Shown here in pieces: positions 15,380 to 29,451 of a stretch of 64,000 nucleotides of DNA. The DNA is from Stegostoma tigrinum (Eukaryota). The stretch spans positions 29,741,020 to 29,805,019 of the forward strand of contig NC_081386.1 in NCBI RefSeq assembly GCF_030684315.1, given 5' to 3'. A program made the position numbers and the translations under genes. The first letter of the stretch is position 1. Each line of letters opens with the position of its first letter. The notes beneath the pieces are model-generated. The model did not search any database. It was not told the origin of the DNA and saw nothing but the letters and a program-made list of their open reading frames with translations.

Positions 15380-18300
15380 TAACCTTTGTAAAGATTGAGA
15401 CAGTCAGATTGACAGAGGGGGGCAGTGAGGGAGAATTCACCAAGTGCAGTTGAGACAGTTTTCTAGAACAACATGCAGTAGATCCAACCACTAAATCAGG
15501 TTATTCTGGATGTAGGGATGTGTGATGAGCTTGGTTTAATAAATAATGTCACAGTAAAAGATTCCCTCATAAACAGTGACCATTACATGCCAGAACTTAG
15601 GTGTGTGCGCGTGTGTGCGCGCGCGCGCTTGGGTCAGAAACAACTACGTTAAGCTTAAATAAGGATAATTACAAAGGATTGAGGGGACAGCTGGCTGCAG
15701 TGGACCAGGAAAGGTGTTCAGCAGCAAATACAGTTGAGGGAACAATGTTTAAGAAATAGTTCATTGCTCTCAGCAAAGTCATAATTGAGTGAGTGCCAGG
15801 GATTCAAGGAAGGGAATAAGTCTATCATGGTTAACCAGGGGAGTTAAGGATAGCGTCAGATTGAAAGAAAAAAAATGTGGCAAATATTAGTGATAGGCCA
15901 GAAGATTGGGAAAGTTTTAAAAGCAAAAAACAACCAAAAAAGTAAGAAAGCGAACAAAACTTTCATAGTAAACTTGCAGTATTATCAAGATTGACAGCAA
16001 TAGCTTCTTTACATATAACAAGAGGGAGAAGCCAGAGTAAACACAGCTCCCCAAGATAATGAGATGGGAAATAATGAGGAACCAGGAAATTACTGAGGAG
16101 TCAAATAAATATTTTACATCTGTTTTCACAGAGGACGACATTAACAGCATTCTAAAATTACTAAACATTCAAGATGCAAGAGGAGAAGTGAAAATAAATG
16201 CAATAACTACAAAAAACATCTTAGGGAAACAAATAAGACCAAAGACCAGTGAGTCCCCTAGATCTGATGGGACGCATCCTAGGATATTAAAGGAAGTAGC
16301 TCTGGAGTTAGTGGATGCACCGGCAGAAATTTTCCAAGAATCCTTAAGAGTTTAGAAAAGTCTCAGAAGAGTTAGCTGAAACAGGTTTATAAATAGGAGG
16401 CAAGTGGTGATGGTGGAGGGTTGTTTTTGTAATTGGAAACCTATAACCAGCAGTTTACCACTGAGTTCGATGCTGGGACAATTGCTGTTTGTACCTTAAG
16501 AACTTCGATGTGAATGAAGAAGATATAAAGTAAGTTTGCAGATGATAAAAGTTGGCAGTGTTGCAGATGAGGAGGAGGATGGTCTAGAACATAGAATATA
16601 GAACACTATAGCACAGAACAGGCCCTTCAGCCCACGATGTTGTGCCGACCATCGATCCTCATGTATGCACCCTCAAATTTCTGTGACCATATGCATGTCC
16701 AGCAGTCTCTTAAATGACCCCAATGACCTTGCTTCCACAACTGCTGCTGGCAACGCATTCCATGCTCTCACAACTCTCTGTGTAAAGAACCCGCCTCTGA
16801 CATCCCCTCTATACTTTCCTCCAACCATCTTAAAACTATGACCCCTCGTGTTAGCCATTTCTGCCCTGGGAAATAGTCTCTGGCTATCAACTCTAGCTAT
16901 GCCTCTCATTATCTTGTATACCTCAATTAGGTCCCCTCTCCTTCTCCTTTTCTCCAATGAAAAGAGACCGAGCTCAGTCAACCTCTCTTCATAAGATAAG
17001 TCCTCCAGTCCAGGCAGCATCCTGGTAAACCTCCTCTGAACCATCTCCAACGCATCCACATCTTTCCTATAATAGGGCAACCAGAACTGGACGCAGTATT
17101 CCAAGTGCGGTCTAACCAAAAAGTTTTATAGAGCTGCAACAAGATCTCACGACTCTTAAACTCAATCCCCCTGCTAATGAAAGCCAAAACACCATATGCT
17201 TTCTTAACAATGATACTGAACAGCTGGTAAATTGGGCAGAACAGTGGCAGATGGAATTTATTTCTGGTAAGCGTGAAGTGATGCATTTTGGAAGCTCTAA
17301 AATGGGAATGTTTACACAATGTATGGTAGGTCTTCAGGGAGTAGTGAGGAACAAAGGGTCATTGTTGCATAAGTCCATAAATCCCAGAAGGTGTCAGCAC
17401 AGGTAGACAAGGTGGTGAAGGCAGCATATGGTATGCTTGCCTTCATTAGTGAGGCTTAGAATATAGAAGCAAGAAAGTCCTTATGGAGATTTTATAAAGC
17501 ACTGGTTACGCCACAGCTGAAATGCTATGTGCAGTCCTGGTCACCACACCATTGGGACGTATGTGATTGCGCTGGAGATAGTGCAGAGCAGATTCACTAG
17601 GATGCTGGATGAACACAGCAGGTCAAGCAGCATCTTAGGAGCAGGAAAGCTGACATTTCAGGCCTAGAGACAGTATATTAGTATGGATAGAGGATTGACT
17701 AACTAATAGAAGACAGAAAGATGGGCTAAAAGGGAGCATTTCAGGATGACAAACTGTAAATTGTGGCGTGCTGCAAGGGGCAGTGCTGGTGCCATAATGA
17801 TTTATGATGTCCATTAGAAGGAAAGTGAACATATACAGCCATGATTGCAAATCACACAAAAATAGGTGGGAAGACAATTGGTACAAATGACTGTCTCTAG
17901 AGAGATATGGACAGGTTAAGCAGGTGGGTGAAAAACTCCACATAAATGTGAAACATCTGGAGGAATTGTCTTACGAGGAGAGGTTGAGTAGATTGAGTTT
18001 GTGTTCATTGGAATATAGAAGAATAAGAGGCGATCTGATTGAAACATACAAATTCTTGGGAACTTGACAAGGTAAACTTGGAAAGGTTGCTTCACCTTTT
18101 TTAGAGCCTCTAAGGCCAAAGGTGGTTGCACATTTAAGACAGATGAGGAGGAATTTCTTCTATCCTAGGGTAGCAAATCTGTGGAATTTTTCACTACACG
18201 GGTTGTAGATGCTGGGTCATTGAGTATGTTCAAGGCTGAGATGGACAGGTTTTTAAATTAGGAATGAAATCAAAGGTTTTGGAAAAAGACACAAAATTTG

Positions 18301-18990
18301 AGCATCATCAGGTCAGCCAAGATCTCACTGAATGGCAGAGCAGACTCAATGGGCTACATCGGTTAATACATTTTATGGGCTGGCCCAGTGGCAATAAATA
18401 CTCAGGTTGGTCATGCCTGCTCCAAACTATTTGCAATTCTCTAAGCTGATCATTGCTAGATAAATGGCCCCAATATTTTTAGGCTGCAAGATATCCCCAT
18501 CCCCACCTCCTCATACCATAGCCTCAAATCTCTCCCACATCTTCAACAATCCTGATCACCCTATCCTCATACTCCTTTCAGTCCAAATGGTAACACCTCA
18601 ACCAATATGTCATCCCATTCTTTCAGCAGTTTATAAAATAATGAGGGGCATAGATAGAGTGAATAGTCAGTGTCAATTCCCCCAAGGTGATGCGGGGGGG
18701 GGGGGGGGGGGGTGGAATCCAAAACTAGAGATCGCAGGTTTAAGGTGAGAGAGGAAAGATTTAAAGTGGACCTAAGGGGCAACATTTCCATGCGGAGGGT
18801 GGTGCATGCATGGAACTAACACGGTGGTCGTTGGTGCAATTATAACATTTAGAAGGCACTTGGATGGGCACATGAACGACAAGAGTTTGGAGAGATATGG
18901 GCCAAATGGAACTAGACTAATCTAGTATAACTGGTCAGCATGGACGAGTAGGACCGAAGGGTCTGTTTCCGCGCTGTGCAGCTCCATATC
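15380..18990 (+). mobile_element. Cluster of degenerate CR1 LINE ORF2 fragments in the FEM1B intron
   Basis: Peptides NKYFTSVFTED, SPRSDGTHPRILKEVALEL, KFADD and CR1 3' tails, with frameshifts. Confidence 0.85.
16587..17210 (-). mobile_element. Young CR1 (HER1-like) 3' end nested in older CR1
   Basis: Open frame VRPHLEYCVQFWLPYYRKDVDALEMVQRRFTRMLPGL...; (TTCTATG)n-type tail. Confidence 0.9.
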
Positions 18991-19049
18991 AGGCCAGGCC
19001 CATCCGCAAGCCCCACCAACCAGCCGTCCCCAGCCGGGGCCCGCTCCTA

Positions 19050-19650
<601 letters not shown>

Positions 19651-20449
19651 TTCTTTAAAGCAGCCGCCACCACCCCCCCCCCCCCTACACCTCCCCACTT
19701 CTTCCCGCTCGCTTCCGATCCGTGCACCGCCCCAACCTTCCCCAAGGCTCTTCCGGCTGAGGCCTGTGCAACCCTGACTGGGCTCCGGGCGCAACAAACA
19801 TACAGCTCCACAGTCATAATAAACCCCTCACTCTTTCAACAAACTTTCCCTCACCTTTTAAGTATATTTTTCTAATTTCTCCTTCGTCGCGTTCGACAAG
19901 CTTCGCTTATTTTCATATTTCAAATACATTTTGATTCCTCCTTTACACGTTAACAAACTTTTATGCACTATCATTTACCCTTAAGTTTCAACAAATCTGT
20001 TTATTCATTTTGATGCTTTCAAGTTTTTTTTAAAATCCCCACATTTCCAGCATACTTTCTTGTCCCCACGCTTTTATGCTTTGAATACATCTTATTTCCT
20101 CTTCATACTTGAAAGCAACCTAATTCTTCCCTTGAATTTAAAAGCATGTTCTAATCTTCACCGCTCCCCCTCCCCTCACCACAGCCTACAGCAAGATTTC
20201 TTGAATCCCACTTTCACTGTACAAACTTTTCCAATTCACTCTTTATATTTTAAGGGGATTCCCTCAATCCCCCTTTCCGCTTTGAAGGAACTTTCCCTAA
20301 TACTTCTATTGAACTTGATAGAAAGGTTTCCTAATTCTGCTTTATACATTAAAGCAGACTTTCCCAATTTCCCCACTTTCATTTTAGTGGAAGATTTCAT
20401 AATAGTCCTCTACAATCCTCACTTTAAAACAAGCCTTTCTTTCCTAATT

Positions 20450-20690
20450 AAAACAAACTGCTGGAGAAATTCAGGAGTTCTTGCAGTATCTCTACAGAGA
20501 GATAAAGTCAATACTTCCGGTCTGATATGGCTTCTTCAGAACAGGAGAAGAACTACTATTCTAGAAAATCATACTGGACCCAAAACATCAACCCAATTTC
20601 TCTCTCTCTCTCTCTCCACTCATTCTACTAGAACTGCTGAGTTTGTCCAGTGTTTGCTTTTTTTTGTTTCAGATTTCCAGCATCCACCAT
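20450..20690. mobile_element. Family A fold-back mini-element
   Basis: Degenerate inverted arms ending gtttcagatttccagcatcc. Confidence 0.7.
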
Positions 20691-21264
20691 GTTCACTTTC
20701 CAAATTCTCCCCTTACACTTTTAACAAACTGGTTTGCCTTTCTCTTCATCCTGCCAGTTCTGTTTGTAGGATATATTCCTGGCAGAGTTATTACATAACC
20801 TTATCAAGTCAAAAAACTATTTTACTCCAGATCTGCAATATTGCTGTAATAAATTATCAAAAAGTTTTCAAAATAAATTAAAAATAAACACTATTTCTGG
20901 CTTTTCTCCCTATTGCTCACAGATGTGTCTGAGAACTAAATTGGTTAATTCCTGGAGAGTTGACAGCCCGTAACTAATGTTGGCTACTTATTTTAAAGTT
21001 TTTGCTCACGGAATGAATGTGATAGAATGGTATAGCACAGGAGGCTATTCAGCCAATCATGTCTGCACTGAGCTTTCACAAAAACTAACAAGCAAATCAC
21101 AGTCCGTGGTTCATTCCTCCCCTGCAAATACCTTCTCACCCATAACTCACTCAGAAACAACTGACACCTGTACGTATGCTAATCACAAGAACAATGCTTT
21201 TTCTGCAATCATTGGCATGTCCTATATGCAAAACTAAACTACTGCCAAAATTTAACATTTATCT

Positions 21265-22218
21265 TAGCTTTTGTGCTCCTGAGATGCTGTTTGGCCTACT
21301 GTGTTCATCCAGCTCCACACTTTGTTATCTTGGATTCTCCAGCATCTGCAGCTCCCATTATCTCTAAACAGTGTTTGGTGCCTGTTTGCCCTGCCACATG
21401 ACTGTCAGCCACTAAATGAATCTCAAAGTTCAATATCACGTGTGCCACCTGGGTCCCATTTCATGAAAGAGGAACATTTTGCAGTGGATGCTTCAACAAA
21501 TGCCAATTTCTACTGTCCTCCCCCCCCGACACAATGATCCAATATGTGAGGTTAGCAATCTATTCCATTGGAAGAGAAATCACAGCTGAACAGAAACTGA
21601 TCCTCACTGAAAGGCTACAATAACTGGGACAGCCAATGGGGGATAAAGATGCTGACTGATTACTTCCAAACTGAATGGTGAGAAAGGTCAAGGGATAAGA
21701 GTTTACACTGGGTTCAAATGTCTTCATGGCCCATTGATCATACCTTTCTACAAACCTAATGCTGGTCTCTGATGTCAACCAGTTAGCTTTTAGCCCAATG
21801 TCTCAGGAACTTTCTTCATTCATTTGCAGGATGTGGGTACCACGAGCTGGACCAGTAGTTACTTCCCATTTCTGGTTGTCCTTAAAGGTGAAGTGCCTTC
21901 TTGAACCTCTGTGGCCCATGTTCTGTAGGGACAGTGATAATGGGAACTGCAGATGTTGGAGAATTCCAAGATAATAAAATGTGAGGCTGGATGAACACAG
22001 CAGGCCAAGCAGCATTTCTGTAGGGACAGTGCTGCATTTCCAAAGCAGAATGGTGAGTGCCTTGGAGGAGAATTTGCAGGCGGTGGTATTCCCCCTTGTA
22101 CCTGCTGTCCTTGTCCCTCTCAAAGATGACCCTTCTGGGCTTGGAAGAGAAGCCGAGTTGCCATCCCTGGATAATGAAATGTGAGGCTGGATGAACACAG
22201 CAGGCAGCAGCCATCCCT
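21265..22218. mobile_element. Three short family B termini (21265-21366 +; 21937-22015 -; ~22169-22209 -)
   Basis: Shared gctggatgaacacagcaggccaagcagcat unit. TSD TTCTGTAGGGACAGTG at 21921-21936 and 22016-22031; GCCATCCCT at 22160-22168 and 22210-22218. Confidence 0.8.
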
Positions 22219-22469
22219 AAACTTTCTTTAAGTTGTTTCTTTTGGGGCCATCTGCCTAAAATTCCACCGTGTACACAACCCGGTGCTTCATTTCGCATTA
22301 AAACATGACGGCATTTGGGATGACGTTCATGGCGCTACAAGAATGCAGGCTGTTGATCAGCATTTGGGGTGCTCACCGGGAGGAGATTCTGTAGTATAGT
22401 CAACCACTGGGTTTCTGCAAAGTCCTCCCCCGCCCCCCAAACCATGGGAATAAATAAATGAATGAATGA

Positions 22470-22560
22470 ATCTCGATAGCGGAAGACGGGAGGCGCCTGG
22501 CGCTGCCGCTCCTCCTACCTGCTCTAGCTGCGCTGTTTCGCGGTCACATGTATTGACTGG
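22470..22560 (+). promoter_or_regulatory. Putative CLN6 proximal promoter with ETS-like GCGGAAG and E-box GTCACATG (22543-22550)
   Basis: Small CpG-rich patch 150-230 nt upstream of the ATG; the E-box resembles MiT/TFE or USF sites. Confidence 0.45.
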
Positions 22561-22703
22561 GTTCGGGCTCTTAATCTGCTCCTAATGGGGAGGGGCAAGA
22601 GACTGGGACCAAACTCAACCTCTCGCTAGAAGGGAACCCTTTCCCCCCCAGAGGAAATAGAAGACACAAACGGAAAAGAGCAGACAGGGACAAACCCCAA
22701 AAC

Positions 22704-22753
22704 ATGCGGAAGCGACAGCAGTCTCCTGTGCAAACTCCCTTCTTCGTCCCCAG
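22704..22753 (+). CDS. CLN6: CLN6 coding exon 1
   Basis: aacATG then MRKRQQSPVQTPFFVP-AG|gtttgg. Phase 2 matches exon 2; basic N-terminus like CLN6; lies behind a small CpG-rich patch. The donor is non-consensus. Confidence 0.75.
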
Positions 22754-25700
22754 GTTTGGTCCTTTTATATTGGTTTACATTGTACTCTTTGCTGTTCTGT
22801 TTTATTTGAAAGGAGCGAGGCCACGGCGGCTTGCAGGCCTGTCAACTAAGAAATACTTGTGTGAATGTGTTTTCTTCTACAATACATCATCCTCCCTTTG
22901 TTTAAAAAAACAACCCTCTCTCTCGCACCGACCAGTCTGAAGACCCCAAGATTGTTTCCAATGCTTTACACGCGAAGTTCTGCAGTGCCGACACGTTGTT
23001 GAAAGAAGCGCCAAATTGTGCACAGGAAGCTCCCATAAAGCAACAACGACCAGATAATCTGTGGTGTCTGTGCGTGGGGGTTGGTTGTTTTGAGGGATGA
23101 CTATTGGCCCAACCAACCTGCTCTGCTTCATAAGTTTCAAGGGGAATTTCTTTCTTTCCCCACCTGCTCCCAGGTGGGATCTTAATGTTTACTCTTCCTT
23201 CTGAAAGGCAGCACTTCTGTCAGTGCAGCACTCTCTCAGGACTGTATTTACTGTAAGCCTAGGTTTTGTGCATCAGTCCAAAAGTGGATCTTGAACTTTA
23301 AATTATCTGAGTGCTGGTCACTAATTTACAATGTTTAGTCGTTGCTGCAGAGTTAAACTCCTCAGCATCAGCAGAGTCCTAATGTTAACTTGCACTTTTG
23401 GAAAATAAAATCAGTACGGACTGTTTCTATATCAGTATCAGTGGCATTGATATTGATTCAACTCCAATAGGATTTAATTCTGAATCTTTTTAAATCAATT
23501 TTCCCACTCCCTTCATAATGTGCAACTCCCAAGGTTGGTAGGAATGGGATAGAAGCAAGAATAACAATGCTGGGAACGTTCATGTTTTTCACTTCTCCTG
23601 TGATGCTGGGGATGAAATCGGCTTTGCTTGAAAGCAGCAGATAATGGACTGTTCAGAGAGAACCGGGCAGGCTACATAATGGATAGTTAATGTTCTGCAG
23701 CTCCTGTGACAATATCACCTGAGACCAATTCTGCCCACCTCAGACTTTTACTGCACCTGTGTTCACTCCCTTCCTGCCCTTTGTGACCGTTGTCTATGGG
23801 GAAGCACAGACAGGCCGTGTCTTGGCTATTCAACTGTGGGTGCCATCACAAACACTAGATTATCAGAAATAAACAATAACATACTAGGGAAGAAAAACAA
23901 GTGTTGATTGTGAGTTTAAGGAAATGCAAATTATTCTGTTTATTCTTTCGGCTCCTAGTATACCATAAGTGTATTTCCAATAATTCAAAAACCACAAATT
24001 TGCAGGAGTGGACCATTTGTTGCCCCCCCCCCTCCCTCCCCCAAAGGCTGATTTTTCTGCCTGTTCTCCCCCCCCCAACCCATCCATCAAGTCAATAAGA
24101 TTGTGCCTTTGACTTCTTTCCTGCCTTGGGTAGGTCTAACGCTGCCTTGAAGATGTTCATTGACTGAACCTTCACTGTTCTCAAGTGGTGAATTCCTAAT
24201 ATTAACAAACTTGTAAGATCCTCCTCTGTTGGAAATCAGGTTCCTTACGCTGCAACTACAGCCCTAATTCTAGATTGTGTGCCCCCCCCCCCCCCAAACA
24301 AGGGGAAATGTCCTCTCTGCATATACCCTGTCAGTGTTCTTATGATTTCATGAGTTGATGTTCACACTTTTTTCCGCGTTAAGATAAATCTTTATGTTAA
24401 TTGAAGCATATTCAAATGTTAATTGTGCCAGTTTTCTGTTGACGAAGTTTGCTCGCGATATTTCAATCTGTTTTTCCAGCAGAAACCTAGCCAACTGGTG
24501 CTCACCTGTATCAAAGTTCGTTTTGTGCCACTGAAGTGGTTTAACAGTCATGCAACTACTCATGTAATAGTGCCAAGGATATTCATCCCACTAGAACGTG
24601 AGAGCTACTAGTAAAATTAATATGCTGTTGAATTTATCCGGCTGACTCACATGATACAAATGAAGCTGTCTGCGCTGTATTGTAATGTTGTAGTCTTCTG
24701 CCTTGCTAGCAACACATCCAAGGTTAAAACGTGTGAATGCCAGCTTGTTTCTCAGCGCATGTGTGGATAATACCAGAAGCATTTACACACAGCTCTGTAT
24801 TATCCCTGTCATGTTGAAAAATGATAGATATTGTTTTGGGGCTAGAGGGCTCAGTAAAAGTGGGAACGGGGGACTGCATTGGATGATCAGCCATGATCGT
24901 TTTGATGCAGTAGGCTCAAAGGGCTGAATGGCTTACTCCTGGCTTCTATGTTTCTAATACCTGGGGAATACAGTGTTCCAACCATCAAGAGTCTTCTAGC
25001 CTGGGCGCTAACTAAGCAAAGTGTTGATGTCCAATAAATAAGGATGATTAAATGCATTTGGCACGTGCATTTTGCATGATTTACATCCTGACAGCTTTTA
25101 TATTCCCCTGGAAGAGGCTAATTGGGCTTGATGGGGGATGAAACTTGGCAAATTGTTCTGGGTCCCTTTGGACAGTTCTGGGGTTAAGAATCTCTCACTT
25201 GGCAGTTTGGACTTAGCTGAGCAGTCTGAGGGTGCTAGGGGACTGCAGCTATTTGACACTTTATAGTAACATGTTGCCAAGTAAGGTCAGCAACATGGGT
25301 TTTAAAGATCAACTGCGTGTTGAAAGTTAGCATGGCAGAAACATTGTTATTGTTTTTTAACTTTTTTTTAAAAGGATAGTAAAATTCACTGTTTGTCCTG
25401 AGTGCTATTCATTTTAGCTTGTTAAATTCAATTGTCATTGTGAGAATTCAAGAAGAATGCTCAAAAAGTTGTCCCTGTGGAGCTTAGCCAACTTGGAGCT
25501 GATCAACGAGCCGACCACAAAAAGTCTATTCTCTTAAGCCACTGGGAAATTAAAGAGTTTGGAAAACAATGATTTCTAAATGCCAGAACTGGATATCAAG
25601 TTTCTGATGCTCACTACTTATTTGTAACTCGTATACAATTTAATAGATTTCAAAACACTTAAATGTGACTTACTTTTCAGTGAGTGTTTGTGGTCAATGA

Positions 25701-26334
25701 ATGTGACAGGAATGGTAATGCGTTAACCTTTATGATGTAAGCAGTGGTGATGAGATTGTCATGTGACTACAAAAATGGAGCAGACAGATTCTTACTCCAG
25801 GGATTGTTATTGCAAGTGGAAATCTGTGACGAAGATGCCCCGCAATTATTTGCCTGAATTTGTTTCCTGTCTATCCTGAAGGCTGCACTGTTACGGTGCA
25901 ATTCTACAGGCCCTTGGGGTACTTTGTGTACATGGTCAGTCTTTTATATAAACGTAGACAGTGAAATACCTAGGGTTTGGTGACTTGAGACGTGTGTTGA
26001 TTTCAAGATTCAGTCAACTTGGCAGGGTGGGACTGAGCTATATTCACCAGGGAGTGATGAGGGGCAAAGACCGCACACACATACCAACGGAAACTTCAAA
26101 ATTAAACGGGTTGCAATGCAGGTGGTGCTTACTGGCCACAGTGTGAATGGAAGATTGACCTGTCACCTTCACCTCTGCCACTGAATTTTGGCAGAAACCG
26201 CAATTGATCTCATCTTGTCTCAGCCCAACCTTTTCCACTCCCACCTGGGATCTGGTTCCTAATGTTTCTCTCCTGGTTGAGATTAACTAGCCTAATGTGA
26301 TAGAGAGTGGAAAAACTCACCTGGTCTTGTAGCA

Positions 26335-26610
26335 TCATAGAAACCCTACAGTTTGGAAACAGGCCCTTCAGACCACCATGTCCACACTGAACTTCACAGC
26401 ATCTCATCCACCAAGAACCCACCTAATCTACACATCCCTGAACACTCATGGTAATGTGGCATAGCCAGTCCACCTAGCCTGCATATCTTTGAACTGTGGG
26501 AGGAAACTCACGCAGACGGGGAGAATTGTGAAAACTCCAGTCACCCGAGGGTGGAATCAAACCTGGGTCCCTGGTGCAATGAGGCAGCAGCGCTAACCAC
26601 TGAGCCATCA
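26335..26610 (-). mobile_element. HE1-like V-SINE
   Basis: tRNA-derived head (ggctcagtggttagc...ggtttgattcc), V-domain core and CR1-type tail. Confidence 0.85.
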
Positions 26611-27561
26611 TGATGTCCAAGTTCGTTGAGAGGGTGTGCAGATCTTTGCAAAGTCATCTTTTGGATTTGAAATATTGACTTTCTTTCTCCACAGACCTTG
26701 CCAGACCTGTGGAGATTTTCCAGAACTTTGTTTTTATTTTGGATTTCTAGCATCCGCAGTGTTTTCCATTTATGAATGTAGTTGGAACTGCAAAGCTTCC
26801 GATCTGTGGACTAGTAGTTGCGTGATTTCTGTAAATATCAGGACCTGAGAGAGTCACAACCAAGTGCTTTCAGCTGTGCTTGGCTGCTCTAGAGTTGAAA
26901 GTAAAGCTCAGGGAGATTAAAGGATTGATGTGCATTATTCATAGTACAAATAGGGGTGCTTTTGAAAACTACAGAACAGATCTGTCATTTCTTCTGATAT
27001 CTAGAAGTTTGCAAACTCCTCATCTCCTTAGTCTCACCACAATATCCAGCCTGAGGTTACAATCATTTGAGTCGCAGTTATTCCCTTGGCCTCTTGTCCA
27101 AATAGTTTAAAGGTTTCATTTCGAAACATGTTAATTTTCCTTTTGAAAACGGTTGTAGATGCTGCTTCCACTATTGCTAATCTACACCCTGACACGTCTG
27201 AAAATAGGTTTTCCCCTAACTGCCCATTTGTCCCATAGCCTTCTACAGTTTATCTCTCATCCTAAAGCTAAGACTCTGACACTCCAACTGTAATTGTTGG
27301 CGCAGGACAGGCTGGAGGTATCAGACCTGGGGAGTCTGTGTCAGTGAGCTGCAGCACACACCACACATCTGTTTAATATTTTACAGATTTATATCCTCTG
27401 CTTCCTCCTCCCAAAATATCACTCCAAGTGAGATTTTACTGGAGTTAAGCATGATTGATCAGGGCCTAGGATGGAGTGTCTCTCAGTGATGCTTCAGAAG
27501 AGCAGTAGGAGCCTTTTTTGTTAAAAGAAACTTTGGCTAAGAATAAACTGTGTTTTGTCTT

Positions 27562-28496
27562 AGAGACCACTCTCTCCGTGACTCCCTTGTTCGCTCCACA
27601 CTGCCCTCCAACCCCACCACACCCGGCACCTTCCCCTGCAACCGCAGGAAATGCTACACTTGCCCCCACACCACCTCCCTCACCCCTATCCCAGGCCCCA
27701 AGATGACCTTCCACATTGGCAGATGTGCAGGTGAACCTCTGTTTAATGTGGTATACCGCATCCACTGTACCCGGTGTGGCTTCCTCTAATTGGGGAAACC
27801 AAGCGGAGACTTGGGGACCGCTTTGCAGAACACCTCCACTCGGTTCGCAACAAACAACTGCACCTCCCAGTCGCAAACCACTTCCACTCCCCCTCCCATT
27901 CTTTAGATGACATGTCCATCATGGGCCTCCTGCAGTGCCACAATGATGCCACCCGAAGGTTGCAGGAACAGCAACTCATATTCCACTTGGGAACCCTGCA
28001 GCCCAATGGTATCAATGTGGACTTCACCAGCTTCAAAATCTCCCCCTCCCCCCACCGCATCCCAAAACCAGCCCAGTTCGTCCCCTCCCCCCACTGCACC
28101 ACACAGCCAGCCCAGCTCTTCCCCTCCACCCACTGCATCCCAAAACCAGTCCAACCTGTCTCTGCCTCCCTAACCTGTTCTTCCTCTCACCCATCCCTTC
28201 CTCCCACCCCAAGCCGCACCTCCATCTCCTACCTACTAACCTCATCCCACCTCCTTGACCTGTCCGTCTTCCCTGGACTGACCTATCCCCTCCCTACCTC
28301 CCCACCTATACTCTCCTCTCCACCTATCTTCTTTTCTGTCCATCTTCGGTCCACCTCCCCCTCTCTCCCTATTTATTCCAGAACCCTCACCCCATCCCCC
28401 TCTCTGATGAAGGGTCTAGGCCTGAAACGTCAGCTTTTGTGCTTCTGAGATGCTGCTGGGCCTGCTGTGTTCATCCAGCCTCACATTTTATTGTCT
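27562..28496 (+). mobile_element. 5'-truncated Penelope-like element (family B) with GIY-YIG remnant and terminal hammerhead motif
   Basis: VVYRIHCTRCG..IGETKRRLGDRFAEHLHSV..PVANHF. 13-bp TSD TGTGTTTTGTCTT at 27549-27561 and 28497-28509. Confidence 0.9.
28402..28433 (+). ncRNA. Minimal hammerhead ribozyme motif (Penelope type)
   Basis: ct-CTGATGA-agggtctaggcct-GAAA-cGTC-ag: conserved core, short stem II, palindromic ACGT in place of stem III. Activity untested. Confidence 0.6.
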
Positions 28497-28522
28497 TGTG
28501 TTTTGTCTTTGTTATTTTGTAG

Positions 28523-28637
28523 GAATGTAGGAAAGGAGCCTGAGGTCCTGGACAAAAAACCTCAGTTCCACCTGGATCTTTGGTTTTATTTCACTGTGCA
28601 GAACTGGATCCTGGATTTTGGCCGTCCAATTGCAATG
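28523..28637 (+). CDS. CLN6: CLN6 exon 2
   Basis: tttgtag|G...QFHLDLWFYFTVQNWILDFGRPIAM|gtgagt, 115 nt. Confidence 0.96.
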
Positions 28638-29352
28638 GTGAGTCCTGAGTTGACAAATTTGTATTGACTGAATGGAATCCTTGGACTTGGAAAAGCATGC
28701 CCAGTGACTACCCAGAGCTAATGCTGCTTCTGTAGAGAAGGCCGAGAGGCAACCCAACAGAGGCCTTTAACGTTCTGAAAGGGTTTGGTACACAATAAAT
28801 AGAGATGATGATCCCATTTTTTTGGGGAGACCAGAACTCAGACCATCACTATTAAACAATTAGTGATAAAATTAATAGGGAATTCAGGAGAACCCTCCAC
28901 ACAGCAGTGAGAATGTGGGATTTCCTACCACAAGTTGTAGAACTAAAGCGTATTAATGCATTTAAAGCAACTGGATAATCATGAGGCCAAAGAAATAGAA
29001 GGATATGACAATAGTGTGAGAACAGGGAATTTGTGTTGAGCAGACCTTAGCATGGGCTGTGTAGTCTGAATGATCTGGTTCAATGCTGTAGGTTGTGTGC
29101 TATCCTTCAGGAAAGTGCACTCTGTCAATACTGGGTGCGTTTAGTATGATGGCTCTGTGTTAAATAAACTGCCTAGTTTAACACAGGAAAAGTAGCTTTT
29201 TTTTGACGAGTTGTACTCTGACCCCATCAGCGTGGGAGGTGAGTTGTAGGATCTGGGATTGTGTTGAGGGGTAGAAGATGCTTCTGTTTATACTGTCCAT
29301 GCCATTTTACCCATATGAAACTGAGCAGGGTCCGTTGTGTGCTCGTTCATAG

Positions 29353-29451
29353 ATTGTTCTTCCAGTCGAGTGGTTTCCATTGAATAAACCAAGTGTCGGT
29401 GATTATTTTCACATGGCCTACAACATCATCACACCTTTCCTCCTCCTGAAG
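29353..29451 (+). CDS. CLN6: CLN6 exon 3
   Basis: catag|[33 protein letters not shown]|gtaagg, 99 nt. Confidence 0.96.

Noticed and set aside
20060-20881. 273-aa plus-strand ORF
   Set aside because: Non-ATG start, pyrimidine-rich low-complexity sequence, runs through a family A repeat, no recognisable domain.
25745-25880. Possible C/D-box snoRNA in CLN6 intron 1 (GTGATGA ... CTGA)
   Set aside because: No terminal stem or recognisable rRNA guide; such short motifs occur by chance.
26540-26610. tRNA-like sequences here and at ~46390-46446 and 54045-54115
   Set aside because: These are SINE heads continuing into V-SINE bodies, not tRNA genes.
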